Shown here in pieces: positions 1 through 10,108 of a stretch of DNA of 47,658 nucleotides (position 1 is its first letter; each line of letters opens with the position of its first letter). The notes beneath the pieces were generated by a model. It was not told the origin of the DNA and did not search any database. It saw only the letters and a list, made by a program, of their open reading frames with translations. The position numbers and the translations under genes were made by a program. Origin of the DNA: Saprolegnia diclina VS20 (taxonomy: Eukaryota); the NCBI RefSeq assembly GCF_000281045.1, contig NW_008246110.1, positions 197,354 through 245,011 on the forward strand. The letters are read 5' to 3'.

Positions 1-1153
1 AGCGGGAGACCTTCGGGGATCGCGACGACGAGCACCGTGATACCGATGATGAAGAAGCCGAGGTAGTCCGAGAGGTAGTCGTTGCTCCACGGCTTGCCGT
101 CGGGCCCCGCAAAGGTTTCGATCGAGAAGCGGATGACAAGCGCAAAGAAGACAATGAGGGCGGTCGCAAGACCGAGCTTCCCGATGAGCATGGTCAGCTG
201 GTCCAACTTCCCTTGCAGCGGCGAGACTACCACATCTTCATCATGGTGCGCGGGCTCGCTGGGGGTCGATTTCTCACCAATGAGCGGCGTCTTCTCCGTG
301 GGGGGGCCTGACGGACTCGGGGGCTTGGCGCCCGACGAGGTGGACTTGCCCATGATGAGCTTGGAGATGATACCGGCCTGAGAGGACTCGCCAACACAGA
401 GCACGAGCATCTTGCCGACGCCTTCCATGACCTTGGTGCCCGAGAGCAGAAACGGAGCTTCCGTCGGGCTCTTTCGGAGGAGGAGCGACTCGCCCGTCAT
501 CGCACTCTCGTCGAGCTTGAGGTCGCTCTCGTCAAAGACGAGACCGTCGGCCGGGATGATGTCACCGAGGTCGACGCGGACAATGTCACCAACCACCAAG
601 CTAAACTTGCTGACCTCGGCCGGCACGCCGTTGCGGATGACCTTGATCTTCTCGTCTTCCTTGACCGCGTTCAAAGCGCGGAACTGCTTCTCCTTTTGGT
701 AGTCGTTGACGGCCGTGACCGTGGTGACGATGAGCACCGCAAGCATGATGGACGCGCCTTCGATCCACGCCGTGTTGGGCTCGCCCTCCTTGGGCTTCTC
801 GACCGTAAGGCCCAGCACGATCGAGATCAAGCCCGAGACCGTCAGCACAATGATCGTCAAGTCCTACACCGCGAAGACGCTGAGCCATGCACACATACAT
901 GATCGTCTACCTGGAACGCGTTCCACATGAGCTCGAAGAGCGTGTTGGGCTCCTCGGGCTCGATGAAGTTCTTGCCAAACTTGGCCTCGCGCGTCGCGAG
1001 GTCGGCCGTGTCGCCGCCATCGAGGCCGTTGCCGAGGTCGACGCCCAGGGCCTTGGCCACGCCGGCCACGCCGCCGAGCGAGGAGACCGCGGCCACGGCC
1101 CGCTCCTTGGGCGTCTCGACGAGCCGGATCAAGTCGCCAGTGAGCAATGCCAT
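1..1153 (-). CDS. P-type IIB plasma-membrane Ca2+-ATPase (PMCA/ACA), 5' part only; runs off the window start; one intron at 864-910
   Basis: Starts MALLTGDLIRLVETPKER. After removing a GT..AG intron (910-864) it continues AFQ-DLTIIVL and contains TAVNDYQKEKQF, DESAMTGES and VVAIPEGLP. It is closely similar to the neighbouring full-length ATPase. Confidence 0.93.
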
Positions 1154-1958
1154 TCAACCCGGAAATTCGCAAATGCCATGGCCGCGCGATCCGGTCGCCA
1201 TCGCACGTATTGTATTACTTACAAACACCAAGTTAGAATAAAACATTGATCATTTTATGATGGATACACTCGGGAACGTGGATACGGTGCCTAATTAGGA
1301 AGCCTCGAATCTAGGGTCGTGGGTGTCCCAGGCAGCTGGCCACCGGCGAGGAATTCAGCACCGGCGACGCTAGTACGCCGACGACCAGCCGACGACCAAG
1401 CCTCCACGAGGGTGCAACTGCGATGCCCATCGATGCGACTGCCTCCTCTTGCTGCATAGCCATGGCGCCATCGCTGCACCGACGTGCCACCTGCCACGTG
1501 GGCGGGCAGCGTCGCTGGATTGTGAGCGCACATTGACCTGCGTCGAGCGTGGCGTCGGTACAGCGTCATGCTTCGTCAAGGCAGCTGCCGCGCAAGCGTA
1601 AGCTACTACTCGAGCCCACTCGCGCCGCTCGTCTCGGCGCGTCGGACGTGCTCGTACCGAGCGGTGACGCTCTCCCGGCGGCGTCTGCCTCCTCGCATGT
1701 TGGGATCCATATCTTCTCTACAGCCCACTGTTAGCAACGCTGGCCCTGGATGCTGCGTCCCACGCATTGCTCTAGATTCTGCAGGTCTCCCACATGACCA
1801 CGAGCCGCATTTCGCGCACGATTGCCAGATGCACAAAGCGAGCTTGACAACGTCATCTTGCGCGAGCGGGTTGCTTGCTCTTGCTGCGTGGACCGAAGAC
1901 AATATTGATACGACAAGACGTGTAGATATTAGAGGTGTCGATATATAGATACTGGTGC

Positions 1959-4900
1959 TTAGACAGACTTGACGTCCGTGATCAGCCGACGCTGGGCGAC
2001 CGAGCGCTTGAAGGCGTTGATGACGCGGATCTGCGCGCGGAGACGGGCAAAGCCGCGCACCCAGAGCTCCTTGCCACGCGCCGAGGGCACATGCACGGGC
2101 TCTTCGTCCGAGCAACTCGAGAAGAACTTTGGCATGTGCTTGGCGTGTACCGAGCGCAGAAGAAGCCCCACGGGCAGCGAGAGCGCGCCAATGCCGAGGC
2201 AGATGAACCACTGGCCGACCGAGAGCGCTTTGCACTTGAAGACGAGGCCGCCAAACTGCACGATGAGCACTTGGAGCACGACCTGGATGACTTGGACGCC
2301 AAGATAGAGCTTGTTCTGGAAGAAGCCGTCAAAGACGTTGAGCTCGTCGTGGATGCGGCGGGCGTTGATCTCGTTGAAGAGCTGGAGGAACACGAACGTG
2401 TTGAAGATGATCGTGTAGTGCTCGGTCGGGTCGTTGGGGAACGCCGTCTTCTCACGGTCCGCCTTGAAGCCAGCAGGGACGTTGACGATCGACGGCACAA
2501 ACGTGAGCAAGAGAAGCACGACGAGCTGGAAGACGCCCTGGCCGACAATGTGCTTGGTCATCTTGCGCGAAATGAGCGCTTTCGTGCGCGGGTACGGCTT
2601 GCGCTCGAGCAGCGCGTCGGTCGGCGAGTCGGTCGCCAGCGCCAGCGACGCAAACGTGTCCATGATGAGGTTGACCCAGAGCAGCTGGATGGCCGAGAGC
2701 GGCGACTCTTCCAGCGCAATGGCACCAATGATAGCGATCGTGATCGCCACCAAGTTGACCGTGAGCTGGAACTGGAGAAACTTGGAGATCGAGTCGTACA
2801 CGTTGCGACCCCACTTGACTGCGTTCACAATCGACTTGAAGTTGTCGTCCATCAAGATGATATCGGACGCGTCCTTGGCGACCGCCGTGCCGCAAATGCC
2901 CATCGCAAAACCGACGTCCGCCTTCTTGAGCGCCGGCGCGTCGTTGGTGCCGTCGCCCGTCACCGCCACGACCTGCGGACCGTGCGGGTACACGTTGGAC
3001 GCAATCAGACCCGACACGAGCGTGTACTTGTCCTTCGGGCTCGACCGCGCGAGCACGCGGAGCATGGGCCAGATCTTGTCAAACTCGCTCTGGATGATGT
3101 TGCCGTTCGAGTCCAAGACGCGGCGACGGAACTCGGTGCCTTCCATGACCAGCGACCCGTCGTTGGGCGAGAGGATACCGCACTTGAGCGCAATCGACTT
3201 GGCCGTCGCAATGTTGTCGCCGGTCACCATGCGCACGACGATGCCGGCGTCGTTGCACTGGCGGATCGCGCCCGGCACTTCGTCGCGGACCGGGTCTTCG
3301 ATGCCGACAATGGCCACACACGTGAGGTCGCGCTCAATCTCGTCGTCCGACCAGCTCTTGATGTCGTCCATCGACGCGTCAATGTCACGGTACGCCAGGC
3401 AGAGCGTCCGGTACGCCTGGCCAGCGTACTTTTCAATCACGTTGCTCAGAATGTGGCTCTTCATGTGACTCTCCATCGGGATCGTCGAGCCGTCGAGGCG
3501 CTGCTGCGACGTGCAGAGCTCCAGCACAATCTCACTCGCGCCCTTGGTGAACACACGGCACGTCGTCGCCGAGACGCGGACGACCACCGACATGCGCTTC
3601 TTGGCCGAGCTGAACGTAATCATGTGGCCAATCTCACCGCCCTTGCGCACGTCGGCGTAGGCGACACCCATGTCGGCGGCAAACTGGAGGAGCGCGCACT
3701 CGGTCTTGTTGCCCGTGTGCTCGGGCTTGCCGCCTTCTTTGAGCGGCGGGAGGATCTCGGCCGTCGAGTTGAGGCAGATGCCGTCGCAGAGGGCCGCCAT
3801 GGCGACCGGCGACAAGGCAACGCCGAGGTCGGCCGAGGACGAGAATTCGGTGCCGCCGACGTAGCTCTCGACGACCGTCATGCGGTTGGTCGTGAGCGTC
3901 CCCGTCTTGTCCGAGCAAATCGTAGTCGCCGACCCCATGGTCTCGCACGCGTCGAGGTGGCGCACGAGGTTGTTGTCCAAGAGCATCTTCTTGACAGAGA
4001 AGGCGAGCGCAATGGTCACAGCAAGCGGGAGACCTTCGGGGATCGCGACGACGAGCACCGTGATACCGATGATGAAGAAGCCGAGGTAGTCCGAGAGGAA
4101 TTCCTTGGTCCACTCCTTGTCGTCGATCGCAAACGTCTGGATGGAGAAGCGCGCGACGAGCCCGACAAACACAATGATGGCAGCCGCGAGACCGAGCTTG
4201 CCGATGAGGATCGTGAGGCGGTCGAGCTTGCCCTGGAGCGGCGAGACCGGACCGTCGTCGTCGTCGTCGTCGTCGTCCTTGGTACTCGGCGCCTTGGCCT
4301 CGAGCATCGCATCGTCCGTGTTGTTGGGCGTCACGACCGAGACGTAGTTGTCTTCGGCAGCCTCGTCGGCCGTGTGCGTCGGCTTGGAGCCCTTGCCCAT
4401 GATGAGCTTGGAGATGATACCGGCCTGGGACGACTCGCCAACACAGAGCACGAGCATCTTGCCGACGCCTTCCATGACCTTGGTACCCGAGAGCAGAAAC
4501 GGAGCTTCCGTGCGGTTCTTGCGGAGGAGAATCGACTCGCCCGTCATCGCACTCTCGTCGATCTTGAGGTCGTTCTCGTCAAAGACAAGGCCGTCCGCGG
4601 GCAGAATGTCCCCGAGGTCGACGCGGACGATATCGCCGACGAGGAGGTTGAACTTGCTGACCTCGGCCGGCACGCCGTTGCGGATGACCTTGATCTTCTC
4701 GTCCTCCTTGACCGCGTTCAGAGCGCGGAACTGCTTCTCCTTTTGGTAGTCGTTGACGGCCGTCACGAGCGTCACAATGAGGACAGCGAACAGAATCGAG
4801 ACGCCTTCGATCCACGCCGTGTTGGGCTCGTCATCGCCGCCGCTCTTGACGGTGCCGTTCTTGGGCACGGACGAGTGGTGCGGCGCGACGAGGCCAAGAA

Positions 4901-5189
4901 CGAGTGAGAAGACGCCGGCGACGCTCAGAATGATAATCGTCAAGTCCTGGAACGCCTGCCACATGAGCTGCAGGATCGTGCTCGGCTTCTCGGGCTCAAT
5001 GTAGTTCTTGCCGTACGTCGCTTCGCGCTGGGCGAGGTCGGCCGCGTTCGAGCTGTCGAGGCCACCGTCGAGCGCGACGCCCAGCGACGACGCGACGCCT
5101 TCGACGCCACCGAGCGCTGCAAGCGCCTCGGCCGCGCGCTCCTTGGGCGTCTCGACGAGCCGGATGAGGTCGCCAGTGAGCAACTTCAT
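1959..5189 (-). CDS. P-type IIB plasma-membrane Ca2+-ATPase (PMCA/ACA), intronless, 1076 aa
   Basis: Motifs TGES, PEGLPL, CSDKTGTLT (phospho-Asp), KGASE, MVTGDN and TGDGTNDAPAL; C-terminal calmodulin-binding-like helix LWVRGFARLRAQIRVINAF. Confidence 0.97.
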   Translation of the reverse strand: MKLLTGDLIRLVETPKERAAEALAALGGVEGVASSLGVALDGGLDSSNAADLAQREATYGKNYIEPEKPSTILQLMWQAFQDLTIIILSVAGVFSLVLGLVAPHHSSVPKNGTVKSGGDDEPNTAWIEGVSILFAVLIVTLVTAVNDYQKEKQFRALNAVKEDEKIKVIRNGVPAEVSKFNLLVGDIVRVDLGDILPADGLVFDENDLKIDESAMTGESILLRKNRTEAPFLLSGTKVMEGVGKMLVLCVGESSQAGIISKLIMGKGSKPTHTADEAAEDNYVSVVTPNNTDDAMLEAKAPSTKDDDDDDDDGPVSPLQGKLDRLTILIGKLGLAAAIIVFVGLVARFSIQTFAIDDKEWTKEFLSDYLGFFIIGITVLVVAIPEGLPLAVTIALAFSVKKMLLDNNLVRHLDACETMGSATTICSDKTGTLTTNRMTVVESYVGGTEFSSSADLGVALSPVAMAALCDGICLNSTAEILPPLKEGGKPEHTGNKTECALLQFAADMGVAYADVRKGGEIGHMITFSSAKKRMSVVVRVSATTCRVFTKGASEIVLELCTSQQRLDGSTIPMESHMKSHILSNVIEKYAGQAYRTLCLAYRDIDASMDDIKSWSDDEIERDLTCVAIVGIEDPVRDEVPGAIRQCNDAGIVVRMVTGDNIATAKSIALKCGILSPNDGSLVMEGTEFRRRVLDSNGNIIQSEFDKIWPMLRVLARSSPKDKYTLVSGLIASNVYPHGPQVVAVTGDGTNDAPALKKADVGFAMGICGTAVAKDASDIILMDDNFKSIVNAVKWGRNVYDSISKFLQFQLTVNLVAITIAIIGAIALEESPLSAIQLLWVNLIMDTFASLALATDSPTDALLERKPYPRTKALISRKMTKHIVGQGVFQLVVLLLLTFVPSIVNVPAGFKADREKTAFPNDPTEHYTIIFNTFVFLQLFNEINARRIHDELNVFDGFFQNKLYLGVQVIQVVLQVLIVQFGGLVFKCKALSVGQWFICLGIGALSLPVGLLLRSVHAKHMPKFFSSCSDEEPVHVPSARGKELWVRGFARLRAQIRVINAFKRSVAQRRLITDVKSV

Positions 5190-5203
5190 GAAAGGGAGCA
5201 GTC

Positions 5204-5217
5204 AAGTTGCAGAATGG
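5204..5217 (-). promoter_or_regulatory. INR/FPR-like core promoter of the PMCA gene
   Basis: Minus strand reads CCATTCTGCAACTT, 14 nt upstream of the ATG at 5189; resembles the oomycete consensus GCTCATTYYNCAWTTT. Confidence 0.55.
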
Positions 5218-5985
5218 GAAGCTTCCGGAGGAGACCGATCGCCGCGCCAGTCGCTTGACCGCCAAGATACAAAGGGAATCAGATTGGGCAGTTGTTGAAG
5301 GCCGAGTTACAAATTATTTTGACTGCCACGTGGTTTCGGCGCCGATGTGTACACGCCGGCGAAACCGCTGGTCCTTCGACTAGTGCTCCCGATAAACTAA
5401 CTAGAGCCCACAAGAGGCACGGATGTTAGTTTAGCCAAGCCCGATGGCGATGGAACGGATGCTGATCACGTGGCAGCGGGCGTTTGCCCTATTGTAGAGT
5501 ACGCTCTGGGAATCTCGGCGGAAAAGACACGACCGTCGTCGGTGCACGGCCTATACGCTGCTTCCTTGTATGCCTGTATAGAGTACTAGTAATGTGAACG
5601 GACTGCAGCTGTCTCTGGCAACGTCGTAGCAACCACTCGTCTTTAGTTCAAGCTCGAAGCTATTACTCCGGCAGAAGCAGTGCCCGGCGAGGTTCACAGC
5701 GTGCAGTCCCCAGCATCTCAAGCTCGCGTGCATGTGGAGGGAATCTTGACGCGTGGGTGGGTGTTGCTATCGTGGAGAGAGACCTGCATGTATGTACCCA
5801 CTTCCATCGTGAGTACGACGCTTCTTCCGGAAGGTCCGAGGAAGACGAGCAGTGCCACGTTGCACTTGGCCGAAGAGGATGGGTGCCAAAATAATTGGGT
5901 CGCTGGCTCTGCTTCCCCGCTCCCAGCCCCAAACGCTCACCCTCCAACGCTAAGAGTTCATGGTTGAAACGAGGATTTTGGTGCT

Positions 5986-7675
5986 CTATACCCATACGAT
6001 GTCGTCAAGATCGTCGAGATCGGATGCGCAGGCGAGGACGGCGTCGAGGCTCGCTACGCTGGCAATCTCGCCCCGCAGCACATAGTCGAAGAGCGTCTTG
6101 CGAGTGTAGTGGTGCGGCGTCCAGGTGATGAGCCGCAGCGCAGCGTCGCGCCAAAATACTCGCGTCGACGGTGTCACAGAGGCGGCGACACGCGCCGGGA
6201 GCAGCTCCAAGAGGTCAGCGACGTGCGCCGCGGGTGCATCCAGGTTGAAGGCGGCCCCCGGCTCGACCGCATGCGCGCTCGTCGCTGCGACGGAGCCACT
6301 CTCAAATATATTCGTAATGGCCGCTGTTCCGACGATGGCTCGGCTGGCGTCGATGCAAGTGTGGCCGGTCGCAGGCACCCCGTGGCGTGCACAGGCGCGC
6401 ACCCACCCAGTCACATTGCAACCGGCTAGCACAACCGAGCGCGCGTACATCGGCGCCTCGAGCCATGTCGCGAGCGACCGCTGGAGACGCAGCATGGCGC
6501 CATGGACTGCATCATCAGCGCGAACCTCGTAGCGCGTCATGTGCTCCGTGACGACGCGTCCCGAGTACGTGTCGAGCAGCTGCAAACGTACGTCGGTCGC
6601 AACGTCGTTGGGGTCCTATTACACGCACATATATATTTGCGTGCTTCTTGTACTCGGCCTACCGAGGGAAGACCTTCCACGACGGCAACGAGGTCGACGG
6701 GTGGCAGGCTGCGGAACGGGTGCTGGGTCCACGGGCAGGGGAGGGCGCTGGTCACACCATCGAGGATGCGGCGCGCGAGAGTTCCGTGAGCTACTTTGTA
6801 GAGAGCGAGGTCCGTCTCTTCTACCCAAATGATGGACGCACGGTACCAGGTGCAGCGATCGACGACACGTCCACGGCTTGCAGGAGCAAGAGAAGGGCGT
6901 AGGGATCGTCACAGTCTCCCAAGACGACGGGCGACGAGACGACCGTCACGACCGCCTCGAGCGGTAGCTCGCGCCGCACCCACGTGTACAATGCGTGCCA
7001 GTCGCTACCCGGCGCCTCGAACCGCTGCAGCACGACGCGCCTATCTCGGTCGAGAAGCGCTGCGTTGGCCACCGAGACGCCGTTATCGCCGCCCGTTGTC
7101 ATCGTCAGTGCCAGGCAATAGCGCCAGGTATCGTCATCGTCGTCGCTCGTCGTCGTCGTCTCGCCAAGGGTTTGCAGCACCGCGTGGACGTTGGCAAGCG
7201 TCATACCTAAGTGCGTAGGAAGATACTGTCTGAGATCTGAGCGCCCATGTCGGTGGCTTGGGTGCTGCACCCGACGATATCAGACGACGCGAGTAGCGTT
7301 ACCTTTCGTGGGGTCGGTGCGCACAAAGTGGTGAGCCGGCAGGGCCAGCGGCAGGTCGTCGATCGCCACCCAGTGCGATGGCGGCGACGGCATGGCCGCG
7401 AGGTACGCTGCGATTTCGTCGACGCGAGTCGCGCCCATCGGCAAGCGCGGCGTGACGCCCAGAACGCGCTGCAGCGGCACGTGCGCGGCCGCCAACGCGT
7501 GCCAGAGCATTACCAACTGCTTCGGATGCGCTCGCCACGTACTCGAGAGGACGAGCCGCGCGTCGCTGCTCGCCAAGAGACGCGAAATGCGGCGGACAAG
7601 CGTCGCTTCGAGGAGGCACGGACCGTCGACGCGGTTCAGCACGCCATCCACGTCCAAGAAGATGACCGACGTCAT
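5986..7675 (-). CDS. Multi-exon protein with N-terminal HAD domain (HAD_SAK_2-like) and uncharacterised C-terminal region
   Basis: Contains VIFLDVDGVLN, LVLSSTWR and WVAIDD. Intron 7302-7207 joins TDPTK-G-MTLANV, the expected end of this domain. Downstream ORF segments (7206-6847, ~6820-6660, ~6585-5986) appear joined by GT..AG introns; those later boundaries are approximate. Confidence 0.65.
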
Positions 7676-8445
7676 GCAATTGTGACGTGATTGGTGCAGA
7701 CACACTAGCGACGATCATCACTCTGTCGTCAGGTCCAGGCAGACGCTCGAGCTGTCCTCAGTCCGCAGCACCACTCGCCAAGGAATGTCGGCCTTGATGA
7801 AGAAGACCTGCATTCCAGCGCCTCCCTCGTCCTCGTCGCATGGCCATGGACAAAGACACGGTCGCCTCCTCTCTCGCACCTGCAGACAGCTATATATTCG
7901 ATTGTCTTCCTACGCCTAGCCCACCATGTTTTCGACGCCATCGTAGCAGTATGGCCTATTGGGCGCTGCAGCATGGTCCGTGTCCATGACGCCACCTCGT
8001 CCTCAAAGGCTGCGTGGCTCGTTGAAGACGAAGACGCGCGCTTGGCAACTATCATCCGGGACAAATTATCACCCTTTTTGCGCTCTATTTACGTCGCCTT
8101 TGTGCCTCTTCATTTAATGCCATTTGCATACAAATGATACGTTATGAGACAACGCTTGTTTAATAATCAAGTGTCGACACAGTTTGAAATTGAGTCGATT
8201 GAAGGGTGACGCTGAGGTGCATACAAACAGCAAGTGGTTTTATTATTTTGCGACAGCGTCGTGTATTAAAATAGTGTGCCTTCGAACCATCGTAATATTA
8301 TAATACAAACTGGAGATTTGTATGGAATAAAATACAGAGTGACGTGGAATACTGATGCGCCGAGGAATATTAAAATGGAAGGATTTGATCCCGCCGCCGG
8401 TTGTCGGCCAGAAGCGAAATCGCCCATTTTCGAGCAGCCAACAGC

Positions 8446-10049
8446 ATGTGGATGCAGCAGTCGATGGAAGGTGGCCGGAACCACCAGCAAGGCGGCGGTG
8501 GCTACGGCGGCAGCAGCTCGAGCAGCTTTGGCCGCCCCAAGCAGGACGACGCCGACTGGAAGAGCCGCATCGTCGGAAGCGGCCAATGGCTCGGCGAAAA
8601 GGTCATGTCGCTCGCGACGGGCAGCTCGACGAACGACAACAACTCGGGCATGCGCTCGTACAACGACGGCCGCGCCAACTGGATGGCCGAGATCCGCAGC
8701 AACACGGGCTCCAACCAAGGCTACAACGGCGGCGGCTATAACGGCGGCGGCGGCTACAACGCCGGCGGCTATCAGAACGACTTTGCCACAGAGCGTCCTG
8801 GCTCGTACGCCGACAGCCGACCGTACAGCAGCAACCACAACAGCAGCAACAGCACAGCACCGTACTCGGACTCGAACTATCGGTCCCAGATGCAGTCGTA
8901 CTCGTACGACAACAAGTCGTCGTCGTCCAAGAAGAAGTCGAGCAACAACAAGAAGCACCGCAAGAAGGCCAAGGAATCGAGCTCGAGCGATGACAGCTCG
9001 GACGACAGTTCTGCGTCCTCCGATGCGTCGTCCGCCTCATCCAGCGACGCCAAAGTCAAGTCCAAGAAGCCGGCCTTGAAGAAGAAGCCTTCAAAGCGCG
9101 TGGAAGTCGTCGTGTCCGATGGCGAATCCACAGAGTCGGCGCCGGAGACCAAGTCGTCCAAGAAGACCAAGGCCAAGCGCGCCAGTGTCAAGTCGAAGGC
9201 GTCGAGCAGCAACAACTATGCGTACTCGCTCGACACGTCCAAGGTCGCCGCCGCCGCGTCGGAGGAGCCCATCAAAGGCAAAAAAGCGGGCAAGAAGAAC
9301 AAGAAGACAGACGCCGCGCCGGTGGTGGACCTCCTCGGCGTCGAGTCGCTCTCGATCTCGAGCGCGCCCTCATCGACGGCATTCGCACCGGCCGCCCCCG
9401 CCTCGACGATTGACCGTACGTCATTGACCCACGCGGGCGAGACCTCTCATACCTTATTGTAGAACTTGCTGGCCTTTCGTTCGACATGCCCGCACAGCCC
9501 ATTGAGCCGTCGTTCCTCGGCCACCAACAACCTCTTACTGGCCACCAACAAGCTCTTATGGGTCACCAGCCTCTGATGGGACAACACCAGCAACCATATG
9601 CGGGGCAGCAGCCCTCGCAGCCTCTCGTTGGCCACTACGCACAGCCCCAACAACAACAACAGCAGCAGCCGCCCGTCAAGACGTCGGGCTTTGTCGTCCC
9701 GGGCTCGGACCTTGTCGACTTGCGCACCGAGTCGGAGGTCTCCAAGGCCAAGGTCGCGTCGGACCCGCGCTCGCTCAACGAACTGCAAAAGATGAACCAC
9801 AACCCGCCGCCGCAGCCCGTGATGCCGCCGCCGCAGCCGACGACCTCGATGCATCCGGGCATGCTCCAGCCGCACATGATGCAGCTGCAGCCGCCGACCG
9901 GCATGTACATGCAGCCGTCCATGTACGGAGGCTACCCGCCGCAGCAACACGACCAGCAGCGCCACATGATGCTTTTGATGCAGCAGCAGCAGCAGCAACA
10001 ACAACAACATCCGACGCACATGACGCCGTCGCAACCCGGTTTTTTCTAA
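8446..10049 (+). CDS. Low-complexity hypothetical protein (G/Y/N-rich, S/K-rich, Q/P/M-rich), 2 exons
   Basis: ATG at 8446. Intron ~9416-9462 (gtacg..ttgtag) joins the 353-aa and 187-aa ORFs in frame (ID-Q-LAGLSFDMP). Contains short DLL/DLVDL motifs. Confidence 0.75.
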
Positions 10050-10108
10050 GAAGGATTACCACAACTATGTGTACACGTTTGTGCAAGTATCTTATATTAG
10101 TTTAGTCA

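Noticed and set aside
1935..4907. 990-aa ORF on the + strand
   Set aside because: It is the antisense shadow of the PMCA gene; strong GC3 codon bias removes antisense stops, and it has no recognisable motifs.
5332..5366. Imperfect palindrome upstream of PMCA
   Set aside because: The stem is short and mismatched, as expected by chance in GC-rich DNA.
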